From assembly GCA_964187785.1 (NCBI GenBank), contig OZ076409.1:5272001-5336000 (forward strand): 64,000 nucleotides of DNA. Reading direction: 5' to 3'. Below the pieces are notes generated by a model that saw only the letters and a program-made list of their open reading frames with translations, did no database searches and was not told where the DNA came from. The position numbers and the translations under genes were made by a program. Below are positions 54,280-64,000 of this stretch, piece by piece; the first letter of the stretch is position 1, and every line of letters starts with the position of its first letter. The stretch comes from Amphiscolops sp. MND2022 (taxonomy: Eukaryota).

Positions 54280-56950
54280 GAAACCGAAATTGAAAAAACT
54301 TGGAAAAACTTCAGATCTTTCACGTTTTTATGCAATTTTTGTCAACTTTTTGTTCGACTTGCTAGCTGAGAAAGTTGAAAAGGTTCAACAAAGAGAAAAT
54401 TAGTTGCTCAAGAGGCTCGTCAAAGAGATAAATGAAATTTGTTTTGAAAAAGCGCCTAAAATTCAGTCCCAAAAATTTCAGATTTTAAAAAAAATTTCAT
54501 GCAATTTTTGTCAATTTGTTGGAAAACGTGGTGGCTTAGAATGGTAAAAATGTTCAACAAGGACTAAAATTGTTGTTCGGGTGGCTTCTTTGAAGAGATG
54601 AAATCAGTTTGTTTTGAAAAAACGCCTCCAATTCAGCCTGAATTGGACAAAAATCCAAAAAAATTCAGATTTTTAAAAATTTCATGGAGGTTTTGTCTAT
54701 TTTTCGAAACAATTGGTGGCTTAGAATGTTAAAGTCGGTCAACAAGGAAAAACTGCGTTGTCCTGGAGGCTTCTTTGAAGAGATAAAATCAATTTGTTAC
54801 AAAAAATGCCTCATATTCAGACAAATTAAAAAAAATCCCAAATTATTCAGTTTTTTGAAGTTTTCATGCACTTTTTGTCTATTCACTGAAAAACCTGGTA
54901 GCTTAGACTTTCGAAGATCAACAATTTTGTTCAACAAAGAACAAATTCGTTGTCCAACAGGCTATTGTTTAGAAAAGAAAAATGAAAAAAGGTTCAAAAT
55001 GCGACCAAAATTGGCAAAAATTCCAAAATGTATCAATTTTTCAGGTTTTTATGCAACTTTTTTTCAATTTACAGGCAATTTCATGAATCAGATGTTGAAA
55101 ATGTTCAACAATGAATAAATTCGTTGTCCAATAGTGTTGTTTGAGGGGATAAAAGCAGTTTTGTAAAAAAATGCCACACTGACCCCAAAACATTCAAAAA
55201 ATTCACTTTTTTTATAATTTTCAATTTTCAACGCAATTTTTCTAAAATTTTCAACGTTCTCTCAGATTAGAACTCCAAAACTGTTCAAAAACAACTCAAC
55301 TCGTGGTCAAGTAGGCTTTTTGATGGGATATGTGCCGGTTCCTGATAAAAATGAGCTTAAATTTGACAAAATTTGTCGAAAATGCAAACTTTTCCAGATT
55401 ATCTAGCTTCTTCATGTTATTTGAGTACAATTTTTGAAAATGTTTGTTAGTTAGAAGGTTCAAAACAATCAAAAACGAAAAAATCAGTTATTCAGTTCCC
55501 ATTTTTGATGAGTTAATTGAAGTGTTTTTTATCCGAAATTCTTCAAAGCGACAACCGTGAGTCGGAAAGTAGAATTGAATTGTCAAACGTTTTTGTGCAA
55601 AATCTGTGAACTTTCTAAATGTTTCGAGAGTTGAAAAAATAGAATGGTTCAGCAAAAATGCAGTTGACATCCAGTTGGTTTTTGTGGGAGGTATTTGGTG
55701 ATTTGTTTGGAAAGTGTCTCAATCTGAACAGAAAATTGTGTGAAGTCCCAAACGTTTCCTTTTTTGACAATAAAAGTGATAGTTTATAAAACAAGATGGT
55801 CCTGAAGCTCCTGATGGTTTATCAAGGAATGCACTACTCCTTTTGAAGGAAAATTTTATAGCTTACTAGGTAGAGTATCCTCTCAGAATGACCCAAATGA
55901 ATCGAAAATTCAAACTTTCGTTTATCAGATGAGTGAAAACAGCAAACAAACGCGAGGTCGAGTAGACTTTTTGAAAATCAATTCAACATTCATGGTCGGA
56001 AGGAGCCTCAAAATGACCCCCGAATAATCGAAAAGTCAAAGTTTTCAAAAGTTTCGACGATTTCAACACATTTCATTTCGAAAATTTGAATGTTATTAGA
56101 AATGATTTTTAGAATGTGATTTTAGAATGAACTTAGAACTTTTAAAGATTTAAATAGCGTTGGACAATTGTTCCAAAAAGTTTTTTGATCGAATGCAAGT
56201 TATCAGGGGAAAGATGCCTCAATTTTTTTCCAAAATATCAAACCCAAATCTTTCTAGTTTGTCGTTTTTCCTGCAGTTTTTGTACAATCTTTGAAAGTTT
56301 TTGTGACTAAGAAAATTCAAAGCACTCAAACACGAACAAGCGAGCTTTGCAGTACACTATATGGAAGAGGAAGTTGTAGTATTTTGCTTCAAAATCACTT
56401 CAAAAATGATTCTGATGAGTCGCAAGTGAAACAAAACTCAATTGAACGTTTCTTATGCAAAGTTGTCAATATTTAGAGAAGTTCCATCGTTGGAAGATTG
56501 AAAACTTTTAACAGCCAAAGAATGCGTTTTTCCAGTAGGCCTTCCGAAGGTCAATTGCAATTTCAAGTTAGATAAGAGCCTCAAAATGACCCCAAAAAAA
56601 TGTTGTTTGTCAAATTAGTTAATTTTTAATGAAAGTTATCAAACTTTCGTAATATTCGAAAAGTCTCATTTTTTACATATGCATGCAGAATGTTCAAAAA
56701 AGTGACAATTAATTTTGTATGTCAAAAGTTCGTCAGAACGATGTGAAACAGGTGAAAATTCTTTTTTTTTGTTTTTAAAGTGTTGATGTACTTTTTTGTA
56801 AACCTTTCCAGCAATTTTGTAATTCAAGATCAATTGGACCCGTTATTGAATAAACGTTTTTGAAAAGACATCTACAGTTTCTTAGAAAAGTTCTTCAAAT
56901 GACTGCAAACGTTTCGAAAAAGCAAAATTTTCTAAATTTGTACGTTTTTG
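54280..56950. repeat. Degenerate ~170-190-bp tandem repeat (old satellite)
   Basis: Recurrent TGTTCAACAA..CGTTGTCC..TTGAAGAGATAAA..CCTCAAAATGACCC motifs, clearest at 54380-55350. Confidence 0.6.
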
Positions 56951-58190
56951 GCGACTTGTGTGTAGGTTTTGGTATACACACAAGCCGACAAAAAACAAAT
57001 AGGTGTTTGGTATGTCCTTGAAGTGTTTCCTTCTGAAATGGATGACATTATTCAAAAAGTGTCAAACCTTTTTTTATCATCTATGCGTTTTCATAGTGCA
57101 GGGGCTACTCTTGCCTCTCAAAAAGATGTTATTGCTAGAACAGTTTGGACGGAAAATATCCTGCTGGTCAGCGGGCGTCTTGTTTGTAACATAAATGAGA
57201 AACAATTTTCGAAGTTGTCAAAACTGAAGATTTGAGTGGCATAACAAAGCAATGACTACATGATTGATTTTCCTTTCTCTAAAAGCGAAAAAAGACAATT
57301 TTTTGAAAACTTTTGAAATTTTTTGAAACGACAATGATACGTTACTTCAAAGACAGCATTGGTATAGAAATATTTCTCATCCATTTTCGAGTTCACTTAA
57401 AGGTCTGGTTTTGAGTTTTCTTCCCAATTTTCACCAAGTTTGCCGTGTTCGATTGGAGAGCGGGACAAAACAGACACTTTTCAGAACGGGACCAGACAGT
57501 CCATTTTTAGAATGGGACAAAATAACCGATTGATTGTTTCTTTACACGTCACATAAGCGCATTTATTAGAGATAATCAGCACAAAGAGAATACTAATCAC
57601 AAAACTACAACAGCAGTGTGTTGAAAAAAAGCCACATTGAGTATTTTGTTATATTGGATGTTTAAACTCCCGATTCTGTGACTTTGATTGTTTTCTCAAG
57701 TGTAATTAAATGATTTCATTTCAAAATGATTTTCATTCTGTGTAGAAACAATCTTTTGCAGAAACCTTTGTAGAAAACATCTGATTCTGACTGTAATACG
57801 GTGATATACCGCGTCCGACTGTATTCGGCTTAAGTCAATCATTGAACTGAAGAATATTCACCAGCTGAAACTTTATCATTCTTTTTTGTTTGCATACATT
57901 CTGACAAACTGTGTACATTAGAATATAATCGTCTTAAAAACATTTGAAACAGATTCGCATTAGATTTTTAGTTGATTCAAAATGGATCTCAACAAACGCT
58001 TTCATTTTCGAACTCAAGTAAAATTAAAACACAAACGCTAGTTCAAGTCCAAACACATGATTTCAAATGTTTACAATTACTCTCGGCCCAGCGGGGATCT
58101 AGTTTAGACTAGAAAACAAACGAAACATCCCGAAAATCGATTTTGCAACGTTTTAAAGTTTCATTTATAAACAATTTGAGGAAAATCGCT

Positions 58191-58855
58191 TTTTTAGTCG
58201 GCGCTTTTCTAGAGAAAGAGTCGACTATAGTCATGGTTTTTCGTCAGTGTTTTTTTTCGATACACCTGAAGTGACCAAAATAGTTCTACTCCAAAAGTTT
58301 TACAAAATTTTAGGAAGACGCCAAATTGTACCCGTTCGCCCAAGGAACTGAAACAAAAAGGTTTCACGCGTAACATACAATACCGGACGAGACCAAAGGG
58401 TCCCCTTTCAGTTTTTTCGGTATTGCGCGACTTTTTTTTGGGAACATAAGGACTTTTTTTGGATGTTGAAAAATTCCAAAGTGTCCCCCCTTTCAGTTTT
58501 TTCGGCATTGAGACTTTTTTCGAACAAAAAATTTCACCAAAGGTTCCCTCTTCAATTTTCTGATGTTTTGCGAGAGAATGGATGTTGAAAAATCTCAATC
58601 CCAAAATGTCCCCCTTTCAGTTTTTTGGCATTGAGAACTTTATTCGAAAAAAAATCACTAGAGAGTCCCCTTCAATTTTTTTATCCTTTGCGACACAATG
58701 GATGGAAAATTTAAGGGGTCGCCCCTGGCGGACCAGTTCGGTTCAACGTTTTGGGTTTTTCAGGTACTGTAGAAGAAAATACTTTGACATTTTGAAGTCC
58801 TTTTGCTTTTTTGAGTCTTAGATACGGCGCCGACTTGGGCTGGTCCCGGCTTGTT
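58191..58855 (+). mobile_element. HINE/DINE-1-like non-autonomous element
   Basis: 5' TTTTTAGTCGGCGC with a local palindrome, internal AAGGGTCCCC repeats, 3' GCGCCGACT plus a short stem-loop, T-rich ends. Confidence 0.7.
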
Positions 58856-59723
58856 TGTTAAACTTGTAGGTCAACCAACCATCATAAATGAAAAATATGA
58901 CTGTGAAACGTCTTTAGTGTTCTCACAATATTTTTTGTCGGTATAATATAGGCCAATGAAAAAGTTAACAACTTAACAGCTAACAAGTTCAATTTCAAGA
59001 CATTGTCGATGGATGAAACTTTGTTTTCCATGGAGAAACACTTTATTTTCGGTTTAATATCAGTTATACAAAACTGTTTAGGCGAATAGTGTAGTTTATA
59101 TGTGGTTTGATTGAAATTTATGGATCCATCGCTTCATGAATTCTGTAAAACTTCCAAAATACTCCAATTATGAAGCCATTCAATTTTTTTGAATTGAATT
59201 GCGGAAATTCAAAATACCAGTTCTAAACCAATTTGCTTGGAGAATATGATAGAAAACAAGCAGCAATACCGAAGTGTATACTTTTTATCTGAAGTAATCA
59301 AAGCTAAGCGCAACTTTCAACAATTATTGTTTTAAGTATCGACGAATTTCCCAGAAAGAAAAACGTGAATTAGCTGGAAAAATATATTGAATAAAAACAA
59401 TTTATTTTCCTTTTTGGTAGACCACTACGCATGCGAAGAGGAGAAAAATGCTTCGAAATAACGGGAAAAAATCATGCTGACACAAAGTAACATTTAAAAT
59501 GGTAATTTGAAATTTTGTGCAAGATTTTTGATTTAATCAACTATTTACAAAGTGTACAATAAAGGTTTGAGATCTTTTATGGGTCAATTTCGGAACCCAA
59601 AGGAAAGTGATTTGATATAAACTCCCTATTTGAAATTTAGCGTTGAGTTTCCATGATTCTTTGATACTATTTTCAATGGTTACAGGTCTTCAAATGAAGT
59701 TTACTTTAGTTCAAAATTTGAGA

Positions 59724-60075
59724 AACAAGCCGGGAGTGGAATAAGTCGGCGCCATATCTAAGGCTTAAAACTAGCACAAGGACTTCAAAGTGTCAAGTAT
59801 TCTCTTTGAGTTTTTTTAACATTTCTGTGGCAAAACATCAACAAAATGGAAGGGGGGACCCTTTGGAGACATCAAAAATGTTCTAAAAATGAACTAAAAA
59901 TGAGAATTTTGAACAGTCTCATAGTGCTGAAAACTGTAAAATGGGGGATTTTCAAAGTCCATTCTGTTGCAAAAGTTCAAAAAAAAGTGAAGGGGGCAAC
60001 CTTTGGAAACATCCAAAAAAAGTCTCGCAATGCCGAAAAATTGAAAGGGGGACCTGTTGTATGTTACGCTGAGAA
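59724..60075 (-). mobile_element. HINE/DINE-1-like element, partial, reverse orientation
   Basis: AACAAGCCGGGA..AAGTCGGCGCCATATCTAAGGCT is the reverse complement of the family 3' end. Confidence 0.65.
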
Positions 60076-60728
60076 AAAGGAACAACCTCTGTAACTTATA
60101 CCCCGCGTCAAAAAAAGTCAAATATTTTGAACTGAAATTACTCTGAAACTAATGCATGAAAATTCTCTTTCTTTTTTTACATGCAAGGCAAAACCATGCA
60201 AACGTAATCTGGCGGAAACAGCTCAAATATTTCACGCCGTTTACAACTCTGTATTGCGAATCGTGGAGGAGTAATCCCATATTACGTGGAGGAGTAATCC
60301 CACAATTTTTAACAGTTTCCGGGTGTACTGTTACGGTCGCATGACACAAAATTTCGAGAAAAAAATTATCGGAAACTTTTAGCAAAATCAAACTCCTTCG
60401 GACCACGGTTTCATACATCAGAAGTATTGTTTTGCGAAGAAATCATTCTCTATTTGTAAAAGTACAAACGTTTTGATAAACCTATACAAATGAATTTCCA
60501 ACATTTTTTCCAGCGAAAATGTTTTACTTGATGAGAAGACTTTTACTAGTTTCTTGTAAGATTCGCATTTTGCTGCTGAAAAAGAAGTGCATAAAATTCA
60601 TCGATTTCTTCGGAAAACTGCATCGTCCTTGCAAAAAATTGCGCAGCCTATAACTCAAAAACAGTATAAAACCGTTATGTGGCCACCACTTTTCGGCTTT
60701 AAACCCTAGTTTTTTCAAGAGAAAAAGG

Positions 60729-60729
<1 letters not shown>

Positions 60730-60770
<41 letters not shown>

Positions 60771-60876
60771 AGCTTAATAATGGGAATAACTGATGGGAAA
60801 ACTGCGATAAAAAAGTTTGATTCTAATTTGATTTGTAATCGCAGTTCTCCTATCATCTGTTTTACATATGGCTTTC

Positions 60877-60921
<45 letters not shown>

Positions 60922-60964
60922 AAAGAGGAGAGAGAGAGAAAAAAAAAGAGAGAGAGAGAGATAG

Positions 60965-61000
<36 letters not shown>
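60730..61000. repeat. (CT)n and (GA)n microsatellites in inverted arrangement
   Basis: (CT) run at 60730-60767 and interrupted (GA) run at ~60880-60998. Confidence 0.9.
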
Positions 61001-61002
<2 letters not shown>

Positions 61003-61051
61003 TGGGGGAGAGGAGGAAAGAGAAGAGCGAGTCTTTTTCTTCTGTGAATCC

Positions 61052-61531
61052 TTTTTAGTCGGCGCTTTTCTTAAGAAAAGAGCCCGACTATTACAGTCAC
61101 TCGTTTTTTTTTAAGACAGACTCGAAGCGACGAACGTTAAAATTAACGTTCAACTACTAAATAAGTACTAAACTACTGGACCGCTAAAGGCAAACGGGGA
61201 GCGCATTCATTTACTTTTTAAACGTTACATACAAGCCCGGACGGGACTAAAGTTTCGTACCCCCCCTTCGATTTTTTTTCGGCGCTGTGAGACTTTTTTT
61301 CGAAATTTTTTAATGTCCCCAAAGGGTCCCCCCTTTGAGTTTTTTGATAATTGGCTACAGAATGCGTGTTTATAAATCAAAAAGGGTCCCCCTTTTACAT
61401 TTTTTGGCACTGTGCGACATTTTCCGAAAGAATTTTTTTTTCAAAAATTTCAAGTTTTTCTTCCAAAAAAAAATGTTTTGCGCTTTTTGAGCCTTAGATA
61501 TAGCGCCGACTTGAGACGTTCCCGTCTTGTT
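61052..61531 (+). mobile_element. HINE/DINE-1-like element
   Basis: Same termini as the 58191 copy with a different internal region. Confidence 0.7.
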
Positions 61532-61634
61532 TGTTCAAACTCTGTCAAATCGCCACTTTACGTCAGATATTCTTTTCATTATATTTCCACTTGGATATTG
61601 TTGTTATCAAGTTACTGAAGTATGTGAATTTTTT

Positions 61635-61706
61635 AGTCACCGTAGGCCAGTTGGTAGTGCGTCCGCCTGGCAGACAGGAGGTCGTGGATTCGAACATGGG
61701 CTCGAG
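61635..61706 (+). mobile_element. tRNA-derived SINE-like head
   Basis: A-box-like TAGGCCAGTTGG and B-box-like GATTCGAAC; homologous copy at 7102-7175. Confidence 0.55.
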
Positions 61707-61942
61707 TCTGAAGTATTTTCGGCTTTCCGAGGAAGTAGGTAGTCGATATACTTCACTTTCGCCATACGTTTTTGTTTTTTTTTAAAGATGTATAGTTTCA
61801 AACCCCGCCTTCTCAACTCTATTCTCGCGTGGTCCCGTCAGTTTTTTACACTTTTTTGGCCTCACACCACAACGGCGGCCATTTTTGTTCAATATTTTGG
61901 CTTCGCTAAACGTCACATGTCAGCCCTTTTTGGTCACCTGCC

Positions 61943-62629
61943 TTTTTAGTCGGCGCTTCATGAAGTGAAACGCGACTATTATAGTGACTCTTTTTTTTTC
62001 TATCCACACGAACTGACCAAATAGTTCTACAAAAGTTCTACAAAATATTATTGCACCACAATGCACTATTTGGTCTAGCGAACTGAACCAAAAAGGTTTT
62101 ACCTGTTTTTCCGCGTAACATACCAAACCGGGCGAGACCAAAGAGTCCCCCCTTTCAATTTTTTTCGGCACTGCGAGACATTTTTTTTCGGAATTTTTTT
62201 TTCGAAATTTTTTTCCCCAAAGGGTCCCCCCTGCATTTTTTTGATGTTTTGCGACAGAATGGATGTTGAAAAACCTCAAAGGGTCCCCCCTTTCAGTTTT
62301 TTCGGCATTGTGAGATTTTTTTCCCGAAAATGAAAAAAAATTTTTTCTTCAATTTTTCCATGTTTTGCGACAGAATGGATGTTGAAAAACCTCAAAGGGT
62401 CCCCCTTTCAGTTTTTCGGCATTGTGAGACTTTAGCGCGCCAGGGGCTCGCGCTAGCGAGCCCCGGCGCGCCACTCGGTCCATTTTTTTAGTATGTAATT
62501 TTTTCAAAAAAAATTTTTCGAAAAATTTTCGATTTTCGAGTACTGTAAAAGAATACTTGACACTTGGAAGTCTTTTTGCTATTTTTGAGCCTTGGATATG
62601 GCGCCGACTTGGGCCGGTCCCGGCTTGTT
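61943..62629 (+). mobile_element. HINE/DINE-1-like element
   Basis: Same termini; internal ~115-bp repeats; GC hairpin at 62435-62471. Confidence 0.72.
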
Positions 62630-62899
62630 ATTTTTCAACCAAGAATCACCTATTTTTCTCACGAATCCTGGAAAAATGTCCGTTGATGATTTTTGGCACT
62701 GAGTGATTTACGATTTTTAGTCAGCATTTTCAGAGAAAAAACACAAGTCTAACAGTGGCTAGTTTTTTTCGTCATCTCAACAAGAACGGTTTGTTTTATG
62801 TGGCACTGAGCACTTTTACCATCAGCACTTATTGTTTGATTTTTAACGTATCCAAAGCCTGTAACATGCGATACAAAACCATTGCAAAGCAGAAGGACT

Positions 62900-63800
62900 T
62901 CGTTTCTACCTTTTTTGGCACTATGAGGCTTCTCCCTCCTTTCGGCTTTGTGAGACTTTCTTTTGAAAAGTTTTTGGTATTATGCAACAGAATGGCTGTT
63001 AAAAAATCCCAATTTGTTCCTCTTACATTTTTGACAAAGTGAAACTGTAGAAAATGCTCGTTTTTTGTCTAATATTAGGTTTTCTCAATATATATCCACC
63101 AATACGTTTTTCAATACCAAATATTCAATACGAAAGTATCGGGCTATACCCGAATTTTCGGAAAAAACTGCATTTTTTTCGGTAATATGCGACATTTTTC
63201 TAATTTGTTTTTATCGAAGCCCCCTCGATGTTTATTACAAACGAAAAGTTTTGCGAGTATAGAGAATTCCTAAGCGTTTTCGGCACTAGGGATTTACCGA
63301 GGGCATTTTTCGGAAAATTTTTGTCAGTTTTTAGTCGGCGTCTTTCCTTAAGGAAAAAAGCCCGACTATTACAGTGGGTAGTTTTTTTTCTTTTTCAGCT
63401 GACAATCTCACCCTGAATGGTCCACTTTGTTATAATCTTTTGTTCATTTGTTCAACTGGTGTTCTGAGAAGCAGGAGATCGCGGGTTCGATTCTTGCACT
63501 AAGCCACAAATTTTTTTATGCTTCCAAAAGTAGAGGCGAGACCAAAGTTTCTCAACCGTTGTGCAAAAGACCTAAGCTTTTTTCAGCATTATGAGACTGT
63601 TTTCGAAGAAAAATTTCAATTTTTTCAAAGTTTGTCGTTGTTTCCAGTTGGAGAAAAAGTGGCTTTCGAGTCTTGTGTGTATCATTTCGGGTTTTTTGGC
63701 ACTGTAAAATTGATAAAATTTTAACAATTGTGTCCTTTTGCATTTTTAAAAAAAATTAACTGTTTTGAACCTTGAGCAGGGCGCTGACTTAGACTGTTTT
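62900..63800 (+). mobile_element. Degenerate HINE-like fragments with a tRNA-like head (~63445-63508)
   Basis: TTTTTAGTCGGCG at ~63328; GGTTCGATTC at ~63485; GGCGCTGACTT at ~63780. Confidence 0.45.
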
Positions 63801-64000
63801 CCCCAAACAAAAATCATCGAACCAGTTTCGTCTCTCCATATTGTAAAATTACAATGCAACAAACAAAAAAAACAAACTCGTTTCCTGTTTCCAATTTGGC
63901 CCAATCTTTAACCAATCTAATAACAAATTATCAGCAACACAAATACTTTTGAGACCTGCTCAAATTTCAGACATCACAAAAAATTGACGCTATTATAGCT

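Noticed and set aside
61635..61706. Functional tRNA gene
   Set aside because: No consistent acceptor stem or cloverleaf, and several degenerate copies point to a SINE-like repeat.

Overview
AT-rich eukaryotic (probably invertebrate animal) genomic DNA dominated by a three-level nest of integrase-type mobile elements spanning 12182-52999. (1) A giant (~18.9 kb when empty) Ty3/Gypsy LTR retrotransposon with 744-bp near-identical LTRs. It has a ~3100-aa Gag-Pol with extra modules (pseudo-protease, AT-hook, two degenerate TARG1-like macrodomains), a second ~1435-aa ORF in the env position that carries an SGNH-hydrolase-like domain rather than an envelope, and a small LTR-encoded peptide conserved in a diverged solo LTR just upstream. 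(2) A ~15.4-kb Polinton/Maverick (adintovirus-type endogenous DNA virus: pPolB, rve integrase, packaging ATPase, adenain protease, major and minor capsid) inserted into the Gypsy 3' LTR with a 6-bp TSD. Each of its ends is itself a fold-back palindrome, and almost every ORF starts at a TAAATG motif. (3) A 6.5-kb BEL/Pao LTR element inserted in reverse into pPolB (5-bp TSD), with an open 1454-aa ORF that lacks RT, RNase H and the integrase core. The flanks contain HINE/DINE-1-like repeats, tRNA-derived SINE-like heads, a degenerate satellite, microsatellites and an exon of a probable Venus-flytrap (ANF-receptor) domain gene. All domain calls are made by eye from motifs, with no database searches.
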